A DNA stretch of 64,000 bases from a virus. Taxonomy: Duplodnaviria; Heunggongvirae; Uroviricota; Caudoviricetes. The notes below the pieces were generated by a model. It was not told where the DNA came from. It saw only the letters and a list, made by a program, of their open reading frames with translations, and ran no database searches. Where the stretch lies: positions 1 to 64,000 of IMG/VR virus record IMGVR_UViG_3300027806_000037. One strand, 5' to 3'. Both the position numbers and the translations under genes were made by a program. Positions 9,400 to 17,201 of the stretch are shown here, piece after piece (within the stretch, counting starts at the first letter, position 1; every line of letters starts with the position of its first letter).

Positions 9400-9723
9400 A
9401 TGGAAATCAAAACAAAATTTGACGTAAACAATTTGGTGAAAAGAAAATTCGACACCAATTCAAAGAACCAGATGAGTGCTTTGGAAGTAATGGAAGTGAT
9501 TGCACAAACTTGCTATGCAGGAACGCAGGTATTTTATTTGTGCAAACATGTAATTGCTCAAAAGGAATTTGTAGAAAAGTATTCTGAAAAAGGAGAATTT
9601 ACTTGGGTGATTGCTCACAGTATTTCACAAGAAGAAAATCAGGCAGGATGGAGAAAATACCGTGAAGATGAATTGATAGAAGCACCAAAAGAAGTGATTG
9701 ACATTATACTTGGTAATTCTTAA
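9400..9723 (+). CDS. hypothetical protein (cassette ORF)
   Basis: 107-aa ORF. Confidence 0.45.
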   Translation: MEIKTKFDVNNLVKRKFDTNSKNQMSALEVMEVIAQTCYAGTQVFYLCKHVIAQKEFVEKYSEKGEFTWVIAHSISQEENQAGWRKYREDELIEAPKEVIDIILGNS

Positions 9724-9767
9724 TTGTTCAATTGTGCGGTGGGAAAGTTTTTAAATATTGTCGTTTT

Positions 9768-9852
9768 AGCCGTTGTTATGCGAAGGTGTGGCAACTCCAA
9801 AATTTCAAATTATAGACAAAACTTTCTTGCCACACTTTTGCATAACGGTTGT
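9768..9852. repeat. PE-family palindromic element (inverted orientation)
   Basis: ccgttgttatgcgaaggtgtggcaa ... ttgccacacttttgcataacggttg. Confidence 0.55.
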
Positions 9853-9955
9853 AAATATGAGAAGTAAATTTTACCTATAAAAATTAGATAAATCAAAATT
9901 TATTTCTTATATTTGTTGTTATAAGTATGTAAAACAAACTAAATAATAATTAAAT

Positions 9956-10186
9956 ATGAAAATTGAAGGTCAAATTACGCTAGATGGTATATTATATACA
10001 CTGTTTATTTTATTCTGTTTATTTTTAACAATAGGTAGTTCTATTAGTGGGTGGTGGTATTTATCACACTTTGGATTCAGTGTAAAACAATTTTTGGTAA
10101 ATATTTTAGTTTCGTCTTCAACTTTATTTATGATCTGGATGATTTTCACTAAAATATTTATTATAAAAATAAACAGAATAAAGTAG
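9956..10186 (+). CDS. small membrane protein (cassette ORF)
   Basis: 76-aa ORF with two hydrophobic segments. Confidence 0.45.
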   Translation: MKIEGQITLDGILYTLFILFCLFLTIGSSISGWWYLSHFGFSVKQFLVNILVSSSTLFMIWMIFTKIFIIKINRIK

Positions 10187-10197
10187 TTTGTTTTATT

Positions 10198-10337
10198 ACT
10201 TATAACGGTTGAGTATAACCGAAGGTGGGGATTAGAAGTGCCGAACCCTGACTTACCTACAAAAGTAAATTAGAAGCACAATATCTGAATGTTGGAACTA
10301 CACCCCACTTTTGGTTATACTTTGTTAGGTGTATGTA
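10198..10337. repeat. PE-family palindromic element
   Basis: ttataacggttgagtataaccgaaggtgggg ... ccccacttttggttatactttgttaggtg. Confidence 0.55.
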
Positions 10338-10350
10338 AATTTTACGGATT

Positions 10351-10539
10351 ATGAAAGATATACAACTGTTAATTGATATGAAAGTTTCTTTAGGTAGGGA
10401 AACATTATTATTTCAGATACTTGGTAAGTATGGTGATAAAATACCAATGGAACTTCAAGAAGAACTACGAAAATTGGCAGAAGAAGAAAGAAACTTTGGT
10501 GAAATGAAGAAACGAACTTTGAAGGGTGTGTTGGAGTAA
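10351..10539 (+). CDS. hypothetical protein (cassette ORF)
   Basis: 62-aa ORF. Confidence 0.4.
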   Translation: MKDIQLLIDMKVSLGRETLLFQILGKYGDKIPMELQEELRKLAEEERNFGEMKKRTLKGVLE

Positions 10540-10548
10540 AATTTATTA

Positions 10549-10640
10549 CACCTAACGGTTGGGTGTATGAAACGTAGCCACGCACAATACTTAATATAAA
10601 CCACAGACCTTAATTGGCTATGTTTTATACACGATGTTAG
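10549..10640. repeat. PE-family palindromic element
   Basis: cctaacggttgggtgtatgaaacgtagcc ... ggctatgttttatacacgatgttagc. Confidence 0.55.
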
Positions 10641-10683
10641 CAGTAGTACGGATTTAAACTACAAATGCTCATTCGGAGAACTG

Positions 10684-10748
10684 AACCTTTTTCTTTTCTT
10701 TTTTGTGGGTTGGACAAAATAAATTTGAAAAATTTAAAAATAAATAAT
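10684..10748 (+). promoter_or_regulatory. second copy of conserved about 50-nt upstream element (AACCTTTTTCTTTTCTTTTTTGTGGGTTGGACAAAATAAATTTGAAAAATTTAAAA)
   Basis: matches 5889..5937. Confidence 0.4.
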
Positions 10749-10982
10749 ATGAAATTAGAAACAATTGTAAAAGTTACACCAGATGGTGGAGTTGAAATTC
10801 CTTCTGATATGAAAGTTGGAACTGGATTGATGAATATGGTAAAAGAATTACGTGATAATGAATGGAGAACATTTGAACATCACGATAATTGGATTAAAAA
10901 CGAACATTATCCAAATCCAACATTTGAACAACAATTTGATACAGGTAATGCTTATAAAGAAATGTTAAAAACTAAAATTTAA
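10749..10982 (+). CDS. hypothetical protein
   Basis: ATG (MKLETIVKV) inside track ORF 10665..10982. Confidence 0.45.
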   Translation: MKLETIVKVTPDGGVEIPSDMKVGTGLMNMVKELRDNEWRTFEHHDNWIKNEHYPNPTFEQQFDTGNAYKEMLKTKI

Positions 10983-10986
10983 AACT

Positions 10987-11586
10987 ATGATGAAAATTGA
11001 AGCAAAAAAAGACGGTAAAGGAAACATTGTAATATCGGAAGATTCCTTTGAAATGATACTGGCTTGTTTAGATAATCAAAAATTTGTTGGTGAACAGCCA
11101 CAAAATGGTGATTCGCTTTCGGTAGGCGAAGACAACTATTGGAAAGGACAAGAAGATATTCAAAACACTATTGACCATTATAATAGAGAATGTAGAAAAA
11201 TATTACATCAAAAATATGTTTTAAGAACAGAATCTGATGGTTATTTTCTTGCTAAAAAATATGAACATCAAACAGAAGATACTGAATGGACTGGTGAAGA
11301 TGTTGGATTAGTGTATGAACTATTCAAAGATACAAGAATAATTTATAATGAAACAAGAGATTTATTACCATTAGATGGTAGTGAAGAAATTAAGGAAGGA
11401 AGTACTCCAATTGGTAAAACAAAAGATGGGTGGATTGCAGTTGAACAAGAATCAAGACCTTGGTTAATTGAAAGAGCATTGGGATATGATGGTGATTATT
11501 TAACAATTTCTGAAGATGGCAGTAAGAATAGACCTTGGAAACAAGATGAAATTCGAAAAATTATAAACATATTTAATAATAAATAA
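10987..11586 (+). CDS. hypothetical protein
   Basis: 199-aa ORF. Confidence 0.5.
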   Translation: MMKIEAKKDGKGNIVISEDSFEMILACLDNQKFVGEQPQNGDSLSVGEDNYWKGQEDIQNTIDHYNRECRKILHQKYVLRTESDGYFLAKKYEHQTEDTEWTGEDVGLVYELFKDTRIIYNETRDLLPLDGSEEIKEGSTPIGKTKDGWIAVEQESRPWLIERALGYDGDYLTISEDGSKNRPWKQDEIRKIINIFNNK

Positions 11587-11587
11587 A

Positions 11588-11995
11588 ATGGGAATATTTG
11601 ATTGTTTAATAGATAAAGACAATGGAAAACCAAAATCTGATATGGAATATATTTACAGATTAGATATGGTTTGGATACCTAACAAACTTGAAAGTAAACC
11701 AATTAAAATTGGAACGATAATGAATAATGTTATTCAACGAGATAATGGCAGTTATGAATTTACTTGTAAAGAAACTGGTGAAAGATTACAAGCAACTTAT
11801 TCTTGGGCTTTGGCTGAAAACACACCAGAAAATGTTGAAAGAATAAAAATATATGATGATGAATATTTAAAATTCAAAGAATACGAAAGAAAAATAAATT
11901 CTTTGAGAAATAATATTATTACTCTTAAAGAGCGTGGAGAAAAAAGAAAAGAAAAAGATATTGCAGATGAAACTCAAATCGGAGAACAAATGTAG
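11588..11995 (+). CDS. hypothetical protein
   Basis: 135-aa ORF. Confidence 0.5.
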   Translation: MGIFDCLIDKDNGKPKSDMEYIYRLDMVWIPNKLESKPIKIGTIMNNVIQRDNGSYEFTCKETGERLQATYSWALAENTPENVERIKIYDDEYLKFKEYERKINSLRNNIITLKERGEKRKEKDIADETQIGEQM

Positions 11996-12000
11996 TATTA

Positions 12001-12062
12001 CACATAACGGTTCGGCGGGTTGCCGTTGTGCATTCAATAACGGCAACCCGACTGTTATGCGG
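12001..12062. repeat. PE-family palindromic element (compact)
   Basis: cataacggttcggcgggttgccgttgtgcattcaataacggcaacccgactgttatgcg. Confidence 0.55.
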
Positions 12063-12100
12063 GGTCATTCTTTTTCACTCGGTAAAAAGCAAAAGGTACA

Positions 12101-12403
12101 ATGGCAAAAAGGAAGTTAGGCCCATCGAGCGGCAAGTGCTCCAAGTGCGGAGGTCACATCAGCATCAATCCACCAAGACCGTGCCGCCGCTGCTCAGGCG
12201 AAAAGCCTCAGGCGAGCTCGGAAAAGAAAGAGCGCGTGTTCACCGAGAGCGAGGTGAAGGCGATGGTGCGAGAGATTCTCGCAGAACAGGAACGACTGCA
12301 TATAAGCGATGGATCCGGAGGACACGATATTGTGTGGGCGGTCGGGATCGGAGAGGTCGAGGCGGTGTTTAAAGCGCACGGCATTGTTCTCGATCCCGCA
12401 TAA
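12101..12403 (+). CDS. hypothetical protein encoded by a GC-rich (about 58% GC) cassette, likely foreign
   Basis: 100-aa ORF MAKRKLGPSSGKCSKCGGH...; its stop codon lies inside the ATAACGGTTG box of the next PE. Composition contrasts sharply with the about 30% GC surroundings. Confidence 0.5.
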   Translation: MAKRKLGPSSGKCSKCGGHISINPPRPCRRCSGEKPQASSEKKERVFTESEVKAMVREILAEQERLHISDGSGGHDIVWAVGIGEVEAVFKAHGIVLDPA

Positions 12404-12530
12404 CGGTTGACGGTATGAAAAGTTGGGGATTAAAAGATATAAACTTTCGCACCGATACAATGATAATTAATAGTACAAACCTTCGGGAACGCACACACGC
12501 CCCAATTTTTTATACCGTGTGTTATGCCCC
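12398..12530. repeat. PE-family palindromic element
   Basis: gcataacggttgacggtatgaaaagttgggg ... ccccaattttttataccgtgtgttatgcccc. Confidence 0.55.
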
Positions 12531-12549
12531 GTTTTTATCCAATTTTTTA

Positions 12550-12971
12550 TGTTACAAGACGAATTAGCATTACAATATAAATACAAAAAACTTCCATCAG
12601 AATTATCTGACAAGGTAAGAAACCAATATTTGTCTGAAATACCAAAATGTTTGAATATCAATGGTGATTCTGAATTTGAGTTAAAAACAGCAAACGGTAC
12701 AATAATTTCAAAAGGATATGAAAGAATTGTAATTGGAGATTATGGAGCGTTTATTGAATTTAACAGAAATCAAGTTATTGACGAAAATATTTGTATTCAA
12801 AAGGGGCAAGAATATAGAATTAACGATGAAAAATATAGTAAGAATGTGAAATATTTTTGGTTGACTGCAAAAGATTCATCGTGTATAAAGATATATTTAC
12901 AACAGAAAACGGTATCATACGCAGATTATAAACCAAATATGTATTACGTGTCTCCATTTGAGGTTTTTTAA
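12550..12971 (+). CDS. hypothetical protein (cassette ORF)
   Basis: ATG (MLQDELALQYKY) inside track ORF 12519..12971. Confidence 0.45.
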
Positions 12972-12978
12972 ATGGGGA

Positions 12979-13040
12979 ATAACGTCCGATGATAAACAAT
13001 CGTTTTAATGTTGTTTATCATTTGTTATGTGTAGGTGTGG
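12979..13040. repeat. PE-family element (ATGATAAACAA hairpin variant) plus shared right flank
   Basis: ataacgtccgatgataaacaatcgttttaatgttgtttatcatttgttatgtgtaggtgtgg. Confidence 0.5.
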
Positions 13041-13109
13041 ATTATTAAGGTGGAATGTTTAATCGGAGAACTGAACAAAAATTTTAAAAGAAAAATTAAT
13101 ATATAGATT

Positions 13110-13334
13110 ATGGGAAACATAGTTAAAAAATTTGAAAACTTTAAAGATGGGTTATACGTCACATGTAAAAACGCACCAGAAGATAATTACCAACTTCATA
13201 ATAAAAAGGATTATTTGGTTATTAAATATGATAACCAACCGTATGGTGTTGGACGAGTAACTATATTTAACCCTTCAAGTAGAAAGGAAGAAACATATCC
13301 TAAAACTATGTTTAGTGAACCATTTAACAAATAA
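13110..13334 (+). CDS. hypothetical protein (cassette ORF)
   Basis: 74-aa ORF flanked by the same modules as 8837..9247. Confidence 0.45.
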   Translation: MGNIVKKFENFKDGLYVTCKNAPEDNYQLHNKKDYLVIKYDNQPYGVGRVTIFNPSSRKEETYPKTMFSEPFNK

Positions 13335-13392
13335 TTTTTCTTTTAAAATTTTAAACATAGATGTTGATTAGAACGATGGGTGGAACACTTAC
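13325..13392. repeat. about 70-bp direct repeat, copy 2
   Basis: tttcttttaaaattttaaacatagatgttgattagaacgatgggtggaacacttacacataacgt. Confidence 0.55.
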
Positions 13393-13476
13393 ACATAACG
13401 TTTCGCAGCTTGGCGAGGTGCGGGATTTACAGCACTAAAGACGATTAGAATTACAAATTTTTAAATAAAAAACAAT

Positions 13477-13758
13477 ATGTCAAACGAAGTACAAAACCCC
13501 GCATCTTGCCAAACTGCTGTTATATGCCGCCTTTTTGATTTGGGAAGGAAAGGGTTAACATGGGATTGGTCAAAATTGGAACTGAAAAAACAATACTTTA
13601 TCAGTCGTGAAGATGTTTTGAATATGAATATGCTTTGGCAACTTGCACAAGGTGGTATAACTGAACAAGCACAATCTTTGAATGCAGAAGTATTGATTTG
13701 GGAAGATGTCATAAAAAACGGATGGTACTTGTTGCTGAGACCGCAAGGTGGCATATAA
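13477..13758 (+). CDS. hypothetical protein (cassette ORF, moderately GC-enriched)
   Basis: 93-aa ORF; stop inside an ATAACGGTTTGCG half-PE. Confidence 0.45.
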   Translation: MSNEVQNPASCQTAVICRLFDLGRKGLTWDWSKLELKKQYFISREDVLNMNMLWQLAQGGITEQAQSLNAEVLIWEDVIKNGWYLLLRPQGGI

Positions 13759-13790
13759 CGGTTTGCGTATTGCTGACGTTGCCAATTTGA
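13746..13790. repeat. PE half-element (left box only)
   Basis: catataacggtttgcgtattgctgacgttgcc. Confidence 0.35.
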
Positions 13791-13825
13791 AACACAAATG
13801 TTGAATTAAAAACAAAAAAATAAAT

Positions 13826-14044
13826 ATGAAAATCAGAGTTGAAGTTAAAGACGAAGCTGGCAATGTTCAGCAATACGTTGTTAGGCGCAGTTACTTGGTC
13901 AAATTTGTTGACCCGAAGAAAGAGTATCCTGTTACCTACACAATTAAACACGATGGCACAAGAGTAAATGAACCTGCAATGCTCAAAGGCGAAGATTTAA
14001 CCGAAAATCAAATTGCACAACTTTTCTCGAAGGGTTTGTTGTAA
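13826..14044 (+). CDS. hypothetical protein (cassette ORF)
   Basis: 72-aa ORF. Confidence 0.45.
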   Translation: MKIRVEVKDEAGNVQQYVVRRSYLVKFVDPKKEYPVTYTIKHDGTRVNEPAMLKGEDLTENQIAQLFSKGLL

Positions 14045-14046
14045 TT

Positions 14047-14150
14047 GCGCCTAACGATTGGGTGTATATGTAGTTTTTTATTTGGAAATGTCAAAACTTA
14101 TTCGTACCTTTGTAAAAAAAATTACATATACACCTTGTTATGTATAGTTT
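14047..14150. repeat. PE-family palindromic element
   Basis: cctaacgattgggtgtatatgtag ... ttacatatacaccttgttatgtatag. Confidence 0.55.
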
Positions 14151-14174
14151 ATTCACAAATTAAAATAAAAGTTT

Positions 14175-14381
14175 ATGAAACAACCAAAAATTAAAATAAC
14201 CGACATTCACGGTAAAGACTGGGGTATTAAAAAAGTAAAAACACTTCATTGGAATTTGGACGGAAAATTAAACACAATTCAAGTTGATTTTTCTGGAACT
14301 ATGGATATGTATGATTTAGATGATGAAGGCGTTTTTACTAATCCACATGGTAATATGAAAGGCGTTATCATTTGGGAATAA
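14175..14381 (+). CDS. hypothetical protein (last cassette ORF before recombinase)
   Basis: 68-aa ORF. Confidence 0.45.
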   Translation: MKQPKIKITDIHGKDWGIKKVKTLHWNLDGKLNTIQVDFSGTMDMYDLDDEGVFTNPHGNMKGVIIWE

Positions 14382-14392
14382 ATTATACATAA

Positions 14393-14486
14393 CTAGTATA
14401 TATAAGTAAGTATAATCTAACCACTTAAAAATAAAGGACTTGAATAATAAAATTATTAAGATTTGTGAAGAAAAGTTTATATATTT
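14393..14486 (+). repeat. 94-bp perfect direct repeat, copy A (covers promoter region and first 15 codons of the tyrosine recombinase)
   Basis: ctagtatatataagtaagtataatctaaccacttaaaaataaaggacttgaataataaaattattaagatttgtgaagaaaagtttatatattt, identical at 43982..44075. Confidence 0.8.
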
Positions 14487-15240
14487 AAACTATTCACCAA
14501 GAACAAAAGATAATTATCTTTCACATATAAAAAATTTCTTAAATCACATTGGTAGTAAACAAGTAATACATTGTAATGCTCAAGATTTTCAATCCTATTT
14601 AGATAATTATAAATTCACTTCAACAGCACAACAAAACCAAATCATTAACGCAATAAGATTTCTCTACAAATTTGGTCTTAATAAAAAATATGATAAAATA
14701 TCGTTTAAAAGACCTAAATCTGAGAAGAAACTACCAAAAGTAATTGATTCAAATTCAATCATTGATAAATTAAATAAGATTGATAATCTCAAACACAAAG
14801 CAATTCTCACCTTAACTTTTTCAGTTGGTCTACGAGTCTCAGAAATAATTAATCTTAAAATAGAGGATATTGATTCCAAGCGAATGTTAATCCACATTAA
14901 GAACGCAAAAGGAAGAAAAGATAGAGTTGTTCCATTATCTCAAAATGTATTAAGACTATTAAGAACTTATTATAAAAATTATATCCCAAAGGAATATCTC
15001 TTCAATGGACAAAACAGTACTAAATATTCAATAGGTAGTTGTCAGAAAATATACAAAAAATATATTGAATCTGATGGACATATACACACACTTAGACACA
15101 GTTTTGCAACATCCTTATTAGAAAATGGAACAGATTTAAGAATTATTCAAAAAATTCTTGGTCATTCAAATGTTAAAACCACAGAAATATACACACACGT
15201 TTCAAATCAAATTTTGAACAAAATTAATTTGCCAGTTTGA
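14440..15240 (+). CDS. tyrosine site-specific recombinase/integrase (XerC/D-like), apparent TTG start
   Basis: Catalytic set R (LRVSEI), K (HIKNAKGRKDR), HxxR (HTLRHSFAT), H...Y (LGHSNVKTTEIYTHV). No in-frame ATG near the N-terminus; the frame opens after a stop at about 14413. Confidence 0.8.
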   Translation: MNNKIIKICEEKFIYLNYSPRTKDNYLSHIKNFLNHIGSKQVIHCNAQDFQSYLDNYKFTSTAQQNQIINAIRFLYKFGLNKKYDKISFKRPKSEKKLPKVIDSNSIIDKLNKIDNLKHKAILTLTFSVGLRVSEIINLKIEDIDSKRMLIHIKNAKGRKDRVVPLSQNVLRLLRTYYKNYIPKEYLFNGQNSTKYSIGSCQKIYKKYIESDGHIHTLRHSFATSLLENGTDLRIIQKILGHSNVKTTEIYTHVSNQILNKINLPV

Positions 15241-15256
15241 AAAGTTTTAGTTATCT

Positions 15257-15556
15257 TTGTCAAAAATAACAAAAATGAAAAAAGAAGTTTTTGAAATTAT
15301 CATCTGGAATGATACATTTGGAAAAGTGGTTGATGAAAGATTTGTTGATGAAACACAATTTTCGATTTTTTTGAAAGCGATTAAGGGTTGCTTGGATACA
15401 ACACAAGATTTTAGTTATTTTAATGGAAAAAACTTTTTAATCCACATTCCTTTTGCAGTTTTGAAAAATAGCGTTATCTTTACCAAAGAAAATGAAATTG
15501 GTGTAAGTGAAATCATTAAATCAAAAGCTGAAGCTCTAACAACTAAAACAAAATAA
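15257..15556 (+). CDS. hypothetical protein
   Basis: 99-aa ORF. Confidence 0.45.
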   Translation: MSKITKMKKEVFEIIIWNDTFGKVVDERFVDETQFSIFLKAIKGCLDTTQDFSYFNGKNFLIHIPFAVLKNSVIFTKENEIGVSEIIKSKAEALTTKTK

Positions 15557-15560
15557 TAAA

Positions 15561-15710
15561 ATGGGAAAACTTTTCAAAATCATTCTTGGTGTTATTTTGG
15601 TATACATTGGCGGAAAAATGGTTTACAACAATGTAAAAGGTAAAAAAGATGAAGAATTTAATTTTAATGATTTTAAAGACTTGAAAGCAATTAAAGATAT
15701 TGAATTTTAA
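15561..15710 (+). CDS. small membrane protein (49 aa, not in track)
   Basis: MGKLFKIILGVILVYIGGK hydrophobic N-terminus. Confidence 0.3.
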   Translation: MGKLFKIILGVILVYIGGKMVYNNVKGKKDEEFNFNDFKDLKAIKDIEF

Positions 15711-15714
15711 AAAA

Positions 15715-15957
15715 ATGATAGAAAAAATTTTAGAGATATATGATGATGCTAGCTTTATGAAAGCTGACGGATTTGATAATGCAATAATCGGTATTGATGA
15801 GGTTGATATGCGATTAATATATTCGGTATCAAAATGTATTGACATTCTGAAAAAAGATGGTATGAATTATGAAGAAGCAAGAGAGTTTTTTGATTTTAAT
15901 GTGAGCGGTTCTTATGTTGGTGAAAAAACACCAATATGGTGTTATGATGATTTTTAA
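15715..15957 (+). CDS. hypothetical protein
   Basis: ATG (MIEKILEIY) inside track ORF 15700..15957. Confidence 0.45.
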   Translation: MIEKILEIYDDASFMKADGFDNAIIGIDEVDMRLIYSVSKCIDILKKDGMNYEEAREFFDFNVSGSYVGEKTPIWCYDDF

Positions 15958-16018
15958 TTTCTTGGTTTTTTAAACCAAGTGGTGGAGCGACCTGCAAGCG
16001 TTTGGTCCCAAATATAAA

Positions 16019-16050
16019 TGGTGATAGAAATATCACCATTTTATTTTTTT
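16019..16050 (+). terminator. rho-independent terminator
   Basis: GGTGATA-GAAA-TATCACC hairpin followed by TTTTATTTTTTT. Confidence 0.6.
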
Positions 16051-16080
16051 GTTATATTTATATATAAAACACTTCAAAAA

Positions 16081-16398
16081 ATGGCAAAATTCATTCTTAC
16101 CGAAAAACAAATGGCGGAAGTTCTTCAGCATATTGAGAAAACAAAAAAACAAGTTAATGAAGATAAGGACGGTTCTTATATGGCAAAACAACAATTATTT
16201 ACAATTGCAACATTAGCATATAAAATGTGGGAGCAATTGGGTGATGATGAACAACTTGATGATTGGATGGAATCAAAGATAGCACAAGCTGAACAATCCG
16301 TTGTTGCTGTTGTTAAAGCATATATGTATGATGAGGTTGAAGATAAAATGAAGGGAATGGATAAGTTGGACCATAATGATTTAATTATTGGGAATTGA
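16081..16398 (+). CDS. hypothetical protein
   Basis: ATG (MAKFILTEKQ) inside track ORF 16018..16398; the upstream part of the track ORF is the terminator. Confidence 0.5.
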   Translation: MAKFILTEKQMAEVLQHIEKTKKQVNEDKDGSYMAKQQLFTIATLAYKMWEQLGDDEQLDDWMESKIAQAEQSVVAVVKAYMYDEVEDKMKGMDKLDHNDLIIGN

Positions 16399-16438
16399 CC
16401 TTTTGACTTTTTCTTTTTATCTTTATGGTGTTAAACCA

Positions 16439-16654
16439 ATGGAAAAAAGAAAACTAAAAATAGAATTAAACGAATATTGTTATAATTGCGCTGATGGCTG
16501 TTGTACTCATTATGGTACAATAACCAAAGTTAATGGTCAAGAATTGGAATTGCATAATGATGATACAGCAACAATACTTAAACAAGTATTGAAACATTTG
16601 GGTTATGAAGTCGAAATAACAACTAATGTAGCAGATGATTATGGGAATGTTTGA
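16439..16654 (+). CDS. hypothetical Cys-containing protein
   Basis: ATG (MEKRKLKIEL); CYNCADGCCTH. Confidence 0.45.
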   Translation: MEKRKLKIELNEYCYNCADGCCTHYGTITKVNGQELELHNDDTATILKQVLKHLGYEVEITTNVADDYGNV

Positions 16655-16943
16655 TGATTTATATATTGATAAAAAACATCTACCTGACGAGTTAAAAGAT
16701 TATGAATTTGGTTGGAAAACCAAAAGTCATCATAGACTTCTTAATTTATTGAAAATCGATGAAAATGGTAATCTATTATTGGTTGATGTTGATGAATATG
16801 GTAATCATGGAGAAACTGAAAAACTAAATTATACTGGTGAGATTAGATTTTATCAAAATATTAACTCAATATGGTACGAATTTGTTGCTTTTTTTGTGAA
16901 AGGTGAAATGTTAAAAATAATTAAATTAGAAGAAAATGAGTAA
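16635..16943 (+). CDS. hypothetical protein
   Basis: 102-aa ORF. Confidence 0.45.
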   Translation: MIMGMFDDLYIDKKHLPDELKDYEFGWKTKSHHRLLNLLKIDENGNLLLVDVDEYGNHGETEKLNYTGEIRFYQNINSIWYEFVAFFVKGEMLKIIKLEENE

Positions 16944-17145
16944 AGAACTAAAACCAGTTGAATATAAAATTACAACAAAAGCTGATGTTGTGTTATATGA
17001 AGGATTTGATATTAAATTAGCGGTTAGAGCATATTCAGATCTTAGTGCGGATAAACGGTTTGAAAGACGTGGCGATGATGAATGGAAACTAAAATTCTAC
17101 AAACCCGAAAATAATGAGTTCTTTAAACCAAAAGTTTTTAGATAA
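16936..17145 (+). CDS. hypothetical protein
   Basis: 69-aa ORF. Confidence 0.4.
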   Translation: MSKELKPVEYKITTKADVVLYEGFDIKLAVRAYSDLSADKRFERRGDDEWKLKFYKPENNEFFKPKVFR

Positions 17146-17201
17146 TCTTTTTGGAATTTGAAATTTTTTTTCTTAGATTTGCATAATAAAATAAGCAAAA
17201 T

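Noticed and set aside
12028-12372. Alternative overlapping frame in the GC-rich cassette (114 aa, R/G-rich)
   Set aside because: It overlaps 12101..12403 almost completely. The latter has an ATG, a plausible Cys-cluster N-terminus and terminates exactly in the next PE box. Only one can be real. The R-rich frame is typical of an off-frame GC-rich artefact.
14416-14440. Searching for an ATG start for the tyrosine recombinase
   Set aside because: No in-frame ATG exists between the upstream stop (about 14413) and the first catalytic residues; the first internal Met would delete the core-binding domain and the first catalytic Arg. TTG at 14440 accepted. The same TTG context is present in the 94-bp repeat copy B.
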